The notes beneath the pieces were generated by a model. The model made no database searches, was not told where the DNA came from, and was given only the letters and a program-made list of their open reading frames with translations. 64,000 nucleotides of DNA from an uncultured delta proteobacterium (GTDB lineage Bacteria > Myxococcota > Myxococcia > Myxococcales > Myxococcaceae): NCBI GenBank assembly GCA_963713045.1, contig CAVQKE010000004.1:672001-736000 (forward strand), written 5' to 3'. A program made the position numbers and the translations under genes. Shown here one piece after another: positions 46,904-58,014 of this stretch. Numbering within the stretch: position 1 is the first letter of the stretch; the number at the start of each line of letters is the position of its first letter.

Positions 46904-47805
46904 GCCTCGAGGATGGCCATCCGGACCGCGACCCCAAGCGAGACCTGAGCCAGAATGACGTTGGCTGGCCCATCGGCGACCTCCGGAGCGAGCTCCACCC
47001 CGCGGTTGACCGGTCCGGGGTGCATCACCAAGACGCCAGGCCGCAGCCGTGCCGCGCGGTCGGCGGTGAGGCCGAACATCCGCGCATACTCGCGCACCGA
47101 TGGGACGTACCCAGCCGTCTGACGCTCCCCCTGCACTCGCAGCACCATCACCGCATCGGCCTCAGCCAATGCCACGTCGAGCGACGCTGCGACGCGCCCC
47201 CCGAGCTGCTCCAGCCCGGCCGGCATCAACGTCGGGGGACCCGAGAAGACGACCTGCGCCCCGAGGGTGGTGAGGCAATAGAGGTTGCTTCGGGCAACCC
47301 GGCTGTGGAGGACGTCCCCCACGATGGCCACCGTCTTCCCCTCGAGCGAGCCCCAACGCTCGTGAAGCATGAAGGCGTCCAGCAGGGCCTGCGAGGGATG
47401 GGCGTGGGTGCCATCCCCGGCATTGACCACCGCGCACCGGACGTGCCGGGAGGCGAGGAACGCGGCCCCGGAAGCGGGGTGGCGGATGACCAGCGCCGCG
47501 ACGCCCAGGGCTTCCACGTTGCGTACCGTGTCGGTCAGCGTCTCGCCTTTGGTGACGCTCGAGGTCTGCACAGTGAAGTTGAGAACGTCAGCGCCGAGGG
47601 CTTTGGCCGCACGCTCGAAGGACAACCGGGTCCGGGTACTGGCCTCGAAGAAGAGGTTGGCGACCACCTTGCCTTCCAGCGCGCGCACCGTGTGGCCAGT
47701 TTCCAGGCCGCGGGCATGCAGGCGCGCGCGCGCGAACAGCGATTCCACCTCGGAGCGGGACATGCCCTCGGTGGTGAGAAGGCTGTGCCGAGCGTGTGGC
47801 TTCAC
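46894..47805 (-). CDS. pyrB: aspartate carbamoyltransferase
   Basis: FFEASTRT, HPSQALLD, MHPGP; GTGA overlap with the upstream gene. Confidence 0.96.
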   Translation of the reverse strand: MKPHARHSLLTTEGMSRSEVESLFARARLHARGLETGHTVRALEGKVVANLFFEASTRTRLSFERAAKALGADVLNFTVQTSSVTKGETLTDTVRNVEALGVAALVIRHPASGAAFLASRHVRCAVVNAGDGTHAHPSQALLDAFMLHERWGSLEGKTVAIVGDVLHSRVARSNLYCLTTLGAQVVFSGPPTLMPAGLEQLGGRVAASLDVALAEADAVMVLRVQGERQTAGYVPSVREYARMFGLTADRAARLRPGVLVMHPGPVNRGVELAPEVADGPANVILAQVSLGVAVRMAILEACA

Positions 47806-48221
47806 CTGGGCAGTGTCCCCGCCTTCTCCACGTGAAAGTCGAAGGTCTTGAACCTCTCGGTAGGCCACAACCGCACTTCCCGCTGGTAGTCCACTTGGAT
47901 CCGGCCGCTGCCGTTAGCCGCTCCTTCGCGTTCGATGACCACGTCGTCGTCGGTCAAATCGAGGCCCGGCTTCTCCTCCCGCTGGCCACCGTGCGTTTCC
48001 CAGTGGGTGCCAATTCGGTTGGCGCGTGACAGTAGGTAGAGCTTGATGCGCCCGTCGTCTGGGTCTGCCCCCATCCGGTTGAAGGAGGCGGCGACGGCCT
48101 CTCGCATGTCCAAGTTGTCAAGGTACAGCGGGATGATGAGCCAGCCCGCGTAGCCGGCCGCAGCCAACGCCAGCAAGAGGACCAGGGTGACGAGGCTGAC
48201 GGCTCCACGGGCTCTGCGCAC
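47802..48221 (-). CDS. DUF4845-like membrane-anchored protein
   Basis: Pilin-like RG-hydrophobic N-terminus, IPLYLD; position immediately after lepB. Confidence 0.6.
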   Translation of the reverse strand: MRRARGAVSLVTLVLLLALAAAGYAGWLIIPLYLDNLDMREAVAASFNRMGADPDDGRIKLYLLSRANRIGTHWETHGGQREEKPGLDLTDDDVVIEREGAANGSGRIQVDYQREVRLWPTERFKTFDFHVEKAGTLPR

Positions 48222-48296
48222 GGTGGCAGTAGCTACAGTGCCAGTCCGACGCTCGTCAATGCCGCAGACGCGTGGGGGTTGACGGCCCAGCGCGAG

Positions 48297-49580
48297 CTAC
48301 CGCACCGGGTGAAAAAAGCGCTCGGTGCGGATGCCGGTGCCTCCGAAGAACTGAGAGAACAGTCCGCCGTGGCCGAGCGAAAGCCAGACAATCATCGCCT
48401 TTCCTTTGATGTTGCCGTAGGGGACATAGAGCGGTTTCTCTCGTCCGCCAAAGCCGACGCGGCTATCGGCGCTGTCATCCCGGTTGTCGCCCATCACGAA
48501 GACCGACTTCTCCGGGACGTGGAAGGGACCGGTCTCGCTGGAGCGCGGCTGGAACGGGCGCTGGAGGGTCTGGTGCAAATGCCCGGTCAAGTTCTCCTGG
48601 TAGAGCTGGTCGAGCTCCATTTTCCAGTCGTTCTCGAAGAGGCCGGCGACCGACCAATCGGAAGCGTTGCTGTCCTCCTTCCAGGCCGGGAAGTCGTTGG
48701 ACAACAGCGTGCGGGGCTGCTCGCGCCCATTGATGTAGACCACGTCGTCGCGAAGCTCCACCACGTCACCGGGGACACCCACCACCCGTTTGATGAAGTC
48801 CTTGGAGGTGTCCGCTGGGTTGTTGAAAACGATGACGTCCCCCCGTTCCGGCTCGCGCACCAGCGCGAACGGGACGATGTTGAGGTACGGGATTCGAACG
48901 CCGTAAATGAATTTGTTGACGAAAATCTGGTCGCCGATTTCCAGGGTGGGAATCATCGACCCGGAGGGAATTTTGAAGGGCTCCACCAGCACGGTGCGAA
49001 TCAGCAGTGCCACCAACAGGGCCTTGGCCAGCCCGACCACCAAGTCCGCCGTCTCGTTCCGGCTGCGGCCAGGAAGCGCCGCGCCGGCGTCCACCAGCGC
49101 GCGGAGCTGCTTCTCCAGGACGGTCGCGTCGTCTCCAAGCATCGCGGCATCGACGCGCGCCGCCACCTCCACCAGACGCTCCCGGGTCCGAGGGTCGATT
49201 TTCGCCCCACGGGCACGCAGCGCCGCGTCCACCTCGCCGGTCGCCTCCCGCGCCTCGTGCCGTAAGCGGCGCAGACGCGAGGCATGTTTGGCTGTCAACC
49301 GGAAGACGAGCAGCCCCACAAACCACAGGAAGGCAAGCAGCCCCAAGCCGCGCATCGCCGGCGCCGCCCAGCGCGCGCTCGCCGGGTAAAGCTCAACCAA
49401 GAGGAGATAGGGAATCAGCGCCAGCGCGAGGGCGGTCACCGGCGCCCAAAGGCTGCTCAGCAGGTCGCGCAGGTAGAGGCGCCGGCGGAGTCGCTCCTGG
49501 CCCTCGGTGCGGCGCGCCGAAAGCACCCCAAGCAGGCTCCCCTCCGGTTCCGAAGTGGCGCTGGCGGTGGGCGCGCTCAT
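48297..49580 (-). CDS. lepB: signal peptidase I with extended N-terminal membrane domain
   Basis: [28 protein letters not shown]. Confidence 0.95.
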   Translation of the reverse strand: MSAPTASATSEPEGSLLGVLSARRTEGQERLRRRLYLRDLLSSLWAPVTALALALIPYLLLVELYPASARWAAPAMRGLGLLAFLWFVGLLVFRLTAKHASRLRRLRHEAREATGEVDAALRARGAKIDPRTRERLVEVAARVDAAMLGDDATVLEKQLRALVDAGAALPGRSRNETADLVVGLAKALLVALLIRTVLVEPFKIPSGSMIPTLEIGDQIFVNKFIYGVRIPYLNIVPFALVREPERGDVIVFNNPADTSKDFIKRVVGVPGDVVELRDDVVYINGREQPRTLLSNDFPAWKEDSNASDWSVAGLFENDWKMELDQLYQENLTGHLHQTLQRPFQPRSSETGPFHVPEKSVFVMGDNRDDSADSRVGFGGREKPLYVPYGNIKGKAMIVWLSLGHGGLFSQFFGGTGIRTERFFHPVR

Positions 49581-51388
49581 TCGTCCGTCCGGAGCACGGC
49601 GAGAAAGGCCTCCTGAGGAATTTCCACGCTTCCCACCTGCTTCATCCGCTTCTTTCCTTCTTTCTGTTTTTCCAAGAGCTTTCGCTTGCGGCTGATGTCG
49701 CCACCGTAGCACTTCGCCAGCACGTTCTTGCGCATCGCCGAGATGGTCTCGCGGGCGATGACCCGGCTGCCGATGGCCGCCTGGATGGCCACTTCGTACA
49801 TCTGCTTGGGAATGACCTGCTTCAACCGGGCGCAGACGTCCCGCCCCCGCTGGTAGGCCCGGTCACGGTGGACGATGACGCTTAAGGCATCGACCGCCTC
49901 TCCATTGATGAGGATGTCCAGCTTCACCAGCTCCGCCGGCTGGTAACCGGCCAACTCATAGTCGAGGGACGCGTAGCCCCGGCTCACACTCTTCAGCTTG
50001 TCGAAAAAGTCGAACACCACCTCGGCCAAGGGCATGGCGTAGGTGACTTGCACCCGTTTCCCGGAGGTCCCAAGGTACTTAATGTCCCGCTGTACGCCGC
50101 GGCGGTCCTGGCACAGTTTGAGGACCCCACCCAAGTACTCATCCGGGACGTGGATGTGACACGTCAACAGCGGCTCCTCCAGGTGCTCGATGTTTTGCAC
50201 TGGCGGCAGGCGCGCTGGGTTGTCCACCAAGAGCTCCTCCCCCTGGTGGGTAAACACCTTGTAGACGACCGACGGGGCGGTCGTGATGAGGCTCAGGTTG
50301 TACTCGCGCTCAAGACGCTCCTGGACAATCTCCATGTGAAGCAGTCCGAGGTAGCCGCACCGAAAGCCAAAGCCAAGGGCGGTCGACGTCTCCGGCTCGT
50401 AGGTGAAGGCCGAGTCGTTGAGCCGCAGCTTCTCCAGCGCGTCCCGCAGGTCCTCGTAGTCACCAGCGTCGATGGGGAAGATGCCGCTAAAAACCATCGG
50501 CTTGACTTCCTGGAAGCCTGGAAAGGGAGTCACACAGGGCCGGGCCGCTTCGGTCACGGTGTCCCCCACCTTGGCGTCGTGGATGACCTTGACGCCCGCG
50601 ATGAGAACCCCCACCTCGCCGGCCTGCAGCTGCGACACCGGCTGGCTGAAGGGACTGAACACTCCAAGCTCCTGGACCTCGAACGTTTTCTGGTTGCTAA
50701 ACAAGAGAATCGCCTGCTTGTTCCTGAGCATCCCCTCCAGCACCCGCACCAGCATCACCACGCCTCGGTAGCTGTCGTACCAACTGTCGAACACCAGCGC
50801 CTTGAGGGGTGCCGCCGGGTCCCCTTGGGGCGGCGGCACCCTCTTCACTACCGCCTCGAGGATTTCGGTGATGCCGATGCCCTCCTTGGCGCTGGCCGGC
50901 ACCGCGCCCGAGGCGTCCAGGCCGATGACGTCTTCAATTTCGGCGCGCGTCCGCTCGGCATCGGCCGAGGGAAGGTCGATTTTGTTGATGACTGGAATGA
51001 CTTCCAGTCCCTGCTCGAGCGCCATGTAGACGTTGGCCAGCGTCTGGGCTTCCACGCCCTGGCTCGCGTCGACCACCAAGAGAGCCCCCTCGCACGCTGC
51101 CAGGGAGCGACTGACTTCGTATGCGAAATCGACGTGGCCCGGAGTGTCAATCAGGTTGAGGACGTACGTTTTCCCGTCCTGGGCGGTGTAATTCATCCGC
51201 ACCGACTGGGCCTTGATGGTGATGCCCCGCTCGCGCTCCAGGTCCATGTTGTCGAGGAATTGAGCCTGAGATTCACGCTTGCTCAGCGTTCCGGTGGCCT
51301 CGAGGAGCCGGTCCGCCAGCGTCGACTTCCCATGGTCGATGTGGGCGATGATGCAAAAGTTACGAATGTGGGCGTTCTCGGCGGCCAT
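49577..51388 (-). CDS. lepA: elongation factor 4
   Basis: [40 protein letters not shown]. Confidence 0.98.
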   Translation of the reverse strand: MAAENAHIRNFCIIAHIDHGKSTLADRLLEATGTLSKRESQAQFLDNMDLERERGITIKAQSVRMNYTAQDGKTYVLNLIDTPGHVDFAYEVSRSLAACEGALLVVDASQGVEAQTLANVYMALEQGLEVIPVINKIDLPSADAERTRAEIEDVIGLDASGAVPASAKEGIGITEILEAVVKRVPPPQGDPAAPLKALVFDSWYDSYRGVVMLVRVLEGMLRNKQAILLFSNQKTFEVQELGVFSPFSQPVSQLQAGEVGVLIAGVKVIHDAKVGDTVTEAARPCVTPFPGFQEVKPMVFSGIFPIDAGDYEDLRDALEKLRLNDSAFTYEPETSTALGFGFRCGYLGLLHMEIVQERLEREYNLSLITTAPSVVYKVFTHQGEELLVDNPARLPPVQNIEHLEEPLLTCHIHVPDEYLGGVLKLCQDRRGVQRDIKYLGTSGKRVQVTYAMPLAEVVFDFFDKLKSVSRGYASLDYELAGYQPAELVKLDILINGEAVDALSVIVHRDRAYQRGRDVCARLKQVIPKQMYEVAIQAAIGSRVIARETISAMRKNVLAKCYGGDISRKRKLLEKQKEGKKRMKQVGSVEIPQEAFLAVLRTDE

Positions 51389-51474
51389 GGGAGGAGACGA
51401 GCGGCGGCCGGTCACCTACCACACCCAGGGGGGCGCGCGTCCACGCGCGGGGCTGGCCCGGCGGGCCCAGAGCC

Positions 51475-52403
51475 TCAACCGCGCGGGCGCTCGCGAAACC
51501 AAGCCAAAGTCCGCCGCAGGCCCTCTTCCAGCCTCACCGACGGCGACCAGCCAAGAAGGCGCGCCGCAAGAGCGGCGTCCAAGGACGAACGCAATTGCTC
51601 GCCCGGTTTGGCCTCGGCGTAGCGCGCCGGCTCCGGCCGTCCCGCCGCCATCGCCAACAGCGCATGCAACTGGTTGATGTCCGTCTCCACCCCGGTGCCG
51701 ATGTTGATTGGGCCCTCCACCGCGGCTCGCTCCACAGCGAGGAGGTTGGCCCGAGCCACGTCCTCGACGAAGACGAAGTCTCGGCTCTGGCGTCCGGTGC
51801 CGTAGATGGTGCACGGCTGGCCAGCCAACAGACGCTCACTGAAAATGGCCACCACGCCTGCTTCGCCGTGGGGGTTTTGCCTCGGCCCGTACACATTCGC
51901 GTAGCGCAGCGACACCGAGGGCAGAGCGTATTGGGCGCGGTAATAGCCGAGGTACAGCTCTCCGGATGCTTTCGACACCCCGTAAGGCGACACCGGGCGA
52001 ATGGGATGGCGTTCCGGAGCCGGAAACACGTCTTGCTCACCGTAAATGGCGCCGCCGGTCGAGCTGAAGACCACCTTCTTCACCCCTGCCCCCGCGCCGC
52101 CTCGAGCAGGTTGAGAAGGCCGAGGATGTTGGTGTCGGCATCGAAGGCCGGGGCACTGACGCTGGCGCGGACATCCATCTGAGCTGCCAGATGGCACAGG
52201 ACATCGGGTCGCTCGCGCCGCACCAGGGCCGCAGCCTCAGGACTCCGGATGTCCTGAACCACCAACCCGACGCCCGATGCGAGGTTTTCCCTCCGCCCGC
52301 TAGACAGGTTGTCGAGTGCCACGACGGTGTACCCGGCAGCGAGGAATACGTCGCAGACGTGGGAGCCGATGAAGCCGGCACCGCCGCTCACCAAAACCTT
52401 CAT
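51475..52403 (-). pseudogene. UDP-glucose 4-epimerase-like SDR split by a frameshift (possible sequencing error)
   Basis: [15 protein letters not shown]...LLEAARG in one frame; AGVKKVVFSSTGGAIYG...YGVSK...RYANVYGPRQ in another; junction at the C5 run 52089-52093. Confidence 0.85.
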
Positions 52404-53398
52404 TCGGCGGCCATCCGCCGCGCGCCGATGCTGGACAGCCCCGCGCCCTCCTGCTTCCGAAACCAGGCGATGGTCTCCTGAAGCCCCTGCGTTAAGTCCA
52501 CACGAGGCTCCCAGCCGAGCAGCGTGCGGGCGCGCGTAATATCCGGTTGACGCTGCTTCGGGTCGTCGGCGGGCAACGGCTGGAAGACGATGCGGCCACC
52601 ACCTCCGGCGGCTGCGCGCACTGCCTCGGCGAACTGGAGGATGGTCATCTCGACGGGGTTGCCGAGGTTCACCGGCTCTTGCACGTCCGAACCGGCCAGC
52701 CGTAGCAGTCCGTCGACCAAATCCTGCACGAAGCAAAAAGAGCGGGTTTGGCTCCCATCGCCGAAGACGGTGAAATCCTCCCCAGCCAAGGCTTGGGTGA
52801 CGAAGGCTGGCACCACCCGTCCGTCATTGAGGCGCATGCGCGGCCCGTAGGTGTTGAAGATGCGAACGATGCGCACCGACAACCCTCGGCTGCGTTTCCA
52901 GGCTGAGACCAGCGCCTCCCCGTAGCGCTTCGCTTCGTCGTACACGGCCCGGGGCCCGACCGGATTGACGTTGCCCCAGTAGTCCTCGCGCTGAGGATGG
53001 ACCAGTGGGTCCCCGTACACTTCGGACGTTGACGCTTGCAAGAAGACCGCCCCGGCGGCCTCGGCGAGCCGTAGTCCGTTCTCGGTACCGCGGGAGCCGA
53101 CCCGGAGTGTCTCCAGCGGCAGCTGGTGGTAGTCCACCGGGGACGCTGGCGAGGCGAGATTGAAGACGAAGTCGAGCCGCCCCTCGACGGCAAAGGATTC
53201 GCTGACGTCGGCCCGGACGTCCTCAAAGCCTGGACGTCCGCGAAGGCCGCTCAGGTTGGCGCTGTTTCCGGTGATGAGGTTGTCAACCGACACCACACGT
53301 TCGGCGCCCTCGGCGAACAGTCGCTCGCAGAGGTGTGACCCGATGAAGCCCGCTCCCCCCAGCACCACGCAGCGTCTTCCAGTCCAGGCGCCCTTCAC
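52400..53398 (-). CDS. UDP-glucuronate decarboxylase (UDP-xylose synthase) family
   Basis: [42 protein letters not shown]. Confidence 0.92.
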   Translation of the reverse strand: MKGAWTGRRCVVLGGAGFIGSHLCERLFAEGAERVVSVDNLITGNSANLSGLRGRPGFEDVRADVSESFAVEGRLDFVFNLASPASPVDYHQLPLETLRVGSRGTENGLRLAEAAGAVFLQASTSEVYGDPLVHPQREDYWGNVNPVGPRAVYDEAKRYGEALVSAWKRSRGLSVRIVRIFNTYGPRMRLNDGRVVPAFVTQALAGEDFTVFGDGSQTRSFCFVQDLVDGLLRLAGSDVQEPVNLGNPVEMTILQFAEAVRAAAGGGGRIVFQPLPADDPKQRQPDITRARTLLGWEPRVDLTQGLQETIAWFRKQEGAGLSSIGARRMAAE

Positions 53399-53580
53399 CG
53401 CCGCAACTCGTCGAAGGTAGACTGTCCGGGCAGTTGGGAACGGTACTTCTCCAACACCAAGTCGATGCCCTGGCGGATGTACTCTGCTACCGGAACTTTC
53501 GTCTTGTGGTTCAGCTGCTTGAGCAACTCACTCTGTTCAGGCGTAATGTAGATGGTGGTGGACAGCTTCTTGCGTGGCAT
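53395..53580 (-). CDS. ribbon-helix-helix DNA-binding protein
   Basis: [10 protein letters not shown] strand followed by two helices ([15 protein letters not shown]). Confidence 0.85.
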   Translation of the reverse strand: MPRKKLSTTIYITPEQSELLKQLNHKTKVPVAEYIRQGIDLVLEKYRSQLPGQSTFDELRR

Positions 53581-53656
53581 GGACGTAGCTGAACGTACAT
53601 GAAGGGTCACCCCGAGGGCCAGGACACCGACGACGGTTTCCCCTAGGAGAGATGCA

Positions 53657-54310
53657 GTGAACCGAAGTCTTACCTGGCAGTTTTCCCTGCTTGCCGTGGC
53701 GGTCCTCGGCTGCGGGGGCAACAAAGCAGTTCAGCCCGATGCTCACGCACAAGCTGTCGGGACCGCGCCGGACGTGCACCAAGAGAAGCGCAGTGATGAA
53801 AGGGTCGTGCAGTACGACCTCAACCGGGACGGCAAGCCGGACGTTTGGGAGTACTACGTGACCGTCAAGGGCACCGACGGGCACGCCACCGAACATCTCG
53901 TGCGCAAGGAAATGGACCTCAACGGCGACGGCAAAGTCGATGCCGTCTATTGGTACGACGACAGTGGGGACAAAATCCGCGAGCAGCTCGACTTGGACTT
54001 CGACGGGAAGGTGGACGAGACCATCTATTTCGAAAAGGGCCAGGTGGTGCGCAAGGAGCGAGACCTCAACGGCGACGGCAAAGTCGACACCTGGCTCTTC
54101 TATGAACATGGGCAGCTGGTGCGCAAAGAGCGCGACACCAAAGGCACCGGCAAAGTCGACTACTGGGAGTTCTGGGAGAACGGTCAGATTGACCGAATCG
54201 GCGAGGACCTCGATGGGGATGGGAATGTCGACCGGTGGACCCGCTCTCCGGACTCGGTCTCCACCGCCACCCCGGTCACCCAGCCACCACCGGCAAGCTC
54301 CACCAAGTAA
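53657..54310 (+). CDS. lipoprotein with six Dx[DN]xDG-type repeats
   Basis: Lipobox VLGC; DLNRDGKPD, DLNGDGKVD x2, DLDFDGKVD, DTKGTGKVD, DLDGDGNVD. Confidence 0.85.
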   Translation: MNRSLTWQFSLLAVAVLGCGGNKAVQPDAHAQAVGTAPDVHQEKRSDERVVQYDLNRDGKPDVWEYYVTVKGTDGHATEHLVRKEMDLNGDGKVDAVYWYDDSGDKIREQLDLDFDGKVDETIYFEKGQVVRKERDLNGDGKVDTWLFYEHGQLVRKERDTKGTGKVDYWEFWENGQIDRIGEDLDGDGNVDRWTRSPDSVSTATPVTQPPPASSTK

Positions 54311-54325
54311 GGGCGGCGCCGGCGT

Positions 54326-54688
54326 TTAGGGCGCGGTGGTCCCTGCCCGACCATAGGCATCCTCGAGCCGCACCACGTCGTCCAGTTCGGGAGTGCTGAC
54401 CTCGAGCACGTCACAGTCCGTCACCCCCACCATCCGGTGCTTGGTCAGCGGGCGAATGTGGTAACTCTCGCCGGGCCGGAGCGTTTTTTCGAGGAGGCCC
54501 GAGCCCTCGTCCACCACCAGCAGCAGCGTGCCGGAGTGGACGTGAATGGTTTCATCCTTCCGCTGGTGGTACTGCAGCGACAGCCTCTGACCCTGGTCGA
54601 TGTGGAGCAGCTTTCCGACGTAGCGCTCGGTGTGCGCCCAAATCACCTCATAGCCCCACGGTTTCTCGACACGCTTCGGTTGATGCAT
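54326..54688 (-). CDS. cupin protein (mannose-6-phosphate isomerase type II-like)
   Basis: KPWGYE, LSLQYH...E, H, EVSTPELDDVVRLEDAYGR. Confidence 0.85.
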   Translation of the reverse strand: MHQPKRVEKPWGYEVIWAHTERYVGKLLHIDQGQRLSLQYHQRKDETIHVHSGTLLLVVDEGSGLLEKTLRPGESYHIRPLTKHRMVGVTDCDVLEVSTPELDDVVRLEDAYGRAGTTAP

Positions 54689-54700
54689 CCCTGGGGCCTG

Positions 54701-55390
54701 TCACTTGGTCGAGGCAACAAATGCCTCGGTCTTGGTTTCCCGACGGAAGTCCTCCAAGTAGCGGCCGGCCGCTTCCCGTGTCGCAAAGCTTCCCATCCGT
54801 ACCCGGTAGTACGTCCCCTTGCCGGGGACCTCTGCCGTCACGATGTAGGGCGCATAGCCCTTCTCGCGCAAGCGGGACACCATCCGCTCGGCGTCCTCGC
54901 GGCTCTGGCTGGCCCCCAACTGCAGGGTGAAGGGCCCATTCGGCACCGCACCATCACTCGGCTTGGAGGCCGCAGGCGTCGCGGACGGCGCCAACGCCGA
55001 ACGGGTCGCTATGGCCCCAGCATCTGTTGGCTTGGCCGAGGCCGACTTCTCGGCGGCTTTCGAGTCGGACTTGGGCTCAGCGGGCTTTGCCAGCTGCTCG
55101 GGTTTCGCCTTGGCGGCTGGGGGGGGCCCGCCATCCGCTGTCAGCTCTTCTTGAAACGTCAAGGTGGGGGCGGCACGGGCCCTCTCCAGTGCGGCGGACT
55201 TTTGGTCGAGGGCCGACAGCAAGTCCTGACCGCGGTCGGAGCGCTGGCTGCCAGCCAATTTCTGTCCCACCAGGACGCCCAGCGTAAAAACGGCGCCCAG
55301 GACGACGATGCCCGCCGCCAGAAGCGTAACCAGCTGTCTGCTGTCCAGCGAAAGGTCGTACTTCTCCTTCATCCGGTGCGAATCGCGCAT
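54701..55390 (-). CDS. SPOR-domain protein (FtsN/DedD-like)
   Basis: N-terminal TM, Ala/Pro/Lys linker, FTLQLGA...YYRVRMGSF. Confidence 0.88.
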   Translation of the reverse strand: MRDSHRMKEKYDLSLDSRQLVTLLAAGIVVLGAVFTLGVLVGQKLAGSQRSDRGQDLLSALDQKSAALERARAAPTLTFQEELTADGGPPPAAKAKPEQLAKPAEPKSDSKAAEKSASAKPTDAGAIATRSALAPSATPAASKPSDGAVPNGPFTLQLGASQSREDAERMVSRLREKGYAPYIVTAEVPGKGTYYRVRMGSFATREAAGRYLEDFRRETKTEAFVASTK

Positions 55391-55413
55391 AGCCCGCCGT
55401 TTCACCCTTCGGA

Positions 55414-56586
55414 TTATGCCGGCGCTGCAGCTTGGTCAAATTCCTGGGACCGAGCGCGTTCGAGATGGTCCCACGCCCCGCAGCCTGGGCAGCGGAAAGA
55501 AAAGGTGGGGAACTTGGCTTGGCAGCTCCGGCAGATGAAGGCCAACACTGGCTCGCCGAGGGTGCGCAGGACGTCCCGGTACGCATCGCGCAGCGACTCC
55601 AAAGGCCCGCTGGCCAGAAGCAACTCGCCCAGGGCCCGCCGCGCTTCGAGGAAGCCAGGCTCGCGCTGAAGCAGCCCCTGCAACGTCTCGACAGCCTGGT
55701 CCGCTCTGCCGCCGCGCACCAGCGCCTCTGCCCGGGCCAGCGTCAGTGGGCCCGCGGCCCGCGACTGCCGAACGGCCTCACTGGCAAACCAGCTGGCCGC
55801 CGCCTCGGGTGAAAGCCCGGCGTCCAGCAGCAACAGGCCGGTGACGGGTGCCAGCTCCGGTTCCCGTGCCAGCGCCTCTTGCAGCGCGGACTGCGCGGCG
55901 GTCTTCTCACCGAAGGCGAGCGCCGAACGGGCTTGCTCCACGCGCGGGTGCGCCGCGCTTGGGTTCAGGACGGCCGCCCGGTCGGCCAGCGCCCGGGCGG
56001 CCCCGGGGTCCGTCGGCCGCGACGCCGCGGCCAATTCACACAGCAGGTGGGCCAGCACCTCCGCGCCTTGCCCGGAGGCGGCCAGCAATCTCCCCTGCAC
56101 CTCCACCGCTCGGTGCCAGTCGCGGGCTTCCTCCAGCAGTTGCCGGTAGGCGAGCAGCGCCTCTGCGTCCTCCGGGGCGTCGGTGAGCAGCGCCTCGAAG
56201 GTGTCGCGCGCGCGGTCCTGCATTCCAGAGCGGCGGTAGTCCAACGCCAGTTCGAGCTGCGCTCGTCGCCGGACCCCGCGCGGAAGGGCCGGTTTGAGAA
56301 GCATGTTCTGCGCGAGGCGAATGGCCCACGCCAATTCGCCTTTTCTCCTCATCAACGCCGCCAGGGCAAAGTAGGTGTCGTAGGTCGCCGTATTCATCCG
56401 TGCGGCGCGCGACAGCTCCGCAAAGGCAGCGTCCGGTTCATCCGAGAGGACGTAACGCACACCGGCCAGGTAGGCCTTGGAGGCGTCTTCCGTCTTCTGT
56501 TTTCGCGAAAGCACCAACACCAACGCCAGCAGTGCCGCCACTGCGGTGGTCGCTAAAAGCACAAGCAGAATCGAGTCGGAGGACAA
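55414..56586 (-). CDS. lapB: LPS assembly protein B-like (TM-TPR-rubredoxin)
   Basis: YLAGVRYVLSDEPDAA, ELALDY..SG..DRA, C-terminal CRSC...CPGCGAW. Confidence 0.75.
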   Translation of the reverse strand: MSSDSILLVLLATTAVAALLALVLVLSRKQKTEDASKAYLAGVRYVLSDEPDAAFAELSRAARMNTATYDTYFALAALMRRKGELAWAIRLAQNMLLKPALPRGVRRRAQLELALDYRRSGMQDRARDTFEALLTDAPEDAEALLAYRQLLEEARDWHRAVEVQGRLLAASGQGAEVLAHLLCELAAASRPTDPGAARALADRAAVLNPSAAHPRVEQARSALAFGEKTAAQSALQEALAREPELAPVTGLLLLDAGLSPEAAASWFASEAVRQSRAAGPLTLARAEALVRGGRADQAVETLQGLLQREPGFLEARRALGELLLASGPLESLRDAYRDVLRTLGEPVLAFICRSCQAKFPTFSFRCPGCGAWDHLERARSQEFDQAAAPA

Positions 56587-56593
56587 CGTGGCC

Positions 56594-57091
56594 CTAGGCC
56601 GCGAGGGCCCGGTCGAAGTGGGGGCGCAGGGCCTCCCACGTCTGGTCGAGGTGTTCCACCATCACCTTCGCCCCGCCCACCACTGGCATGAAGTTGGTGT
56701 CCCCCCGCCACCGGGGCACCAGGTGCCAGTGCAGGTGGCCCAAAATACCCGCGCCGGCGTCGGCGCCCAGGTTCATGCCGAGGTTGGCCCCCTCTGGCCG
56801 GTACACCCCTTCCACAATCCCCTCCGCCGTTTGCAACAGACGGCTGAGGTCCAGTAGCTCCGGCTCGGTCAGCTGGGTGAACTGCCCGACGTGACGGCGC
56901 GGCACCACCATCAGGTGGCCGTTGTTGTAGGGGAAACGGTTGAGCACCGCGAAGGAGTACTCGGTGCGTCCGAGCACGAGGTTCGCCCGGTCGTCGTTTT
57001 CGGCGACAAAACGGCAGAAGATGCAGCCCGGCGGCCTTTCGCCAGTGACGAAATCACGCCGCCACGGCGCCCAGAGGGGCTCCAGGGTCAC
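56594..57091 (-). CDS. HIT-family hydrolase
   Basis: LWAPWR, CIFC, PYNNGH, HLHWHLVPR. Confidence 0.92.
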   Translation of the reverse strand: MTLEPLWAPWRRDFVTGERPPGCIFCRFVAENDDRANLVLGRTEYSFAVLNRFPYNNGHLMVVPRRHVGQFTQLTEPELLDLSRLLQTAEGIVEGVYRPEGANLGMNLGADAGAGILGHLHWHLVPRWRGDTNFMPVVGGAKVMVEHLDQTWEALRPHFDRALAA

Positions 57092-58005
57092 TGCGACTCG
57101 CCCGCCGGCGACGTCAGCCGAAACTGAAGACCAGGACCGGCCACCGCTGCCTCCACCCGCGCCGCCACGCCCTCGAGCAGCGTCTGCGCTTCGTCGCCGA
57201 AAAGCTCTGCAAACATCCGGCGCTCCTTGCGCGGGTACTCCATTTTCGGCTGCCCCTTGATGCCGCCCAGCCGACCGGCTTCGGCGACGGCATCTTCGAG
57301 GCCGCCCATCTCATCGACCAGCTTTAACTCTTTGGCCTGCCGGCCAGTGAAGACGCGCCCATCCGCGACCGGCTTCACTTGCTCCACCGTCATGCTCCTT
57401 CCAGTGGCCACCGCTTGGATGAACTGCTCGTGCACATCGTCGAGCACCCCGCGGAAATACGCGCGCTCCTCGGGTGTCATTTCGCGGTATGGGTTGCCGG
57501 CGTCCTTCATCTTTCCAGCGGTGAGCGGCGAGATCTGCACGCCTGCCCACTTGAGCAGCCCTTGGACGTTGTAAAAGGTAAAGATGACTCCGATGGAACC
57601 AGTCAAGGTGCCGGGGTCGGCGTAAATTTTTTCCCCGGCGCAGGCAATGTAGAAGCCGCCCGAGGCTGCGATGGACCCCATCGACACCACGACATGCTTC
57701 TTGCCGTGCAGCTTTTGAACCGCCTCGTAAATCTCCTGGGATGGGGCCACCGCGCCACCCGGGCTATCCACGCGGACCACAATGGCTTTGATGGAGTCCG
57801 AATCGGCGAATTCCCGAAGTTCCTTCAGCGTCTTTTTCGAGTCGGCGATAACTCCGGTGACTTCCAAGACGCCGACCCGCGGCCCAGAGCTGAAACTCCC
57901 GCGTTCGCCCTGAAAGGCGTACCAGGTGAGAGCCAGAAAGCCGAAGAGGCAGAGAAACAGCCCGCCAAAGATGATGCCGATAATCCAGCCTGCGCGACGG
58001 TCCAT
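57088..58005 (-). CDS. sppA: signal peptide peptidase SppA (S49)
   Basis: DSPGG, ASGGFY, TGSIGV, ADGRVFTG. Confidence 0.93.
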   Translation of the reverse strand: MDRRAGWIIGIIFGGLFLCLFGFLALTWYAFQGERGSFSSGPRVGVLEVTGVIADSKKTLKELREFADSDSIKAIVVRVDSPGGAVAPSQEIYEAVQKLHGKKHVVVSMGSIAASGGFYIACAGEKIYADPGTLTGSIGVIFTFYNVQGLLKWAGVQISPLTAGKMKDAGNPYREMTPEERAYFRGVLDDVHEQFIQAVATGRSMTVEQVKPVADGRVFTGRQAKELKLVDEMGGLEDAVAEAGRLGGIKGQPKMEYPRKERRMFAELFGDEAQTLLEGVAARVEAAVAGPGLQFRLTSPAGESQ

Positions 58006-58014
58006 GGTCCCTTC

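Noticed and set aside
53800..54240. Periodic DNA repeats as a CRISPR or DGR template
   Set aside because: Explained by protein repeats; no reverse transcriptase present
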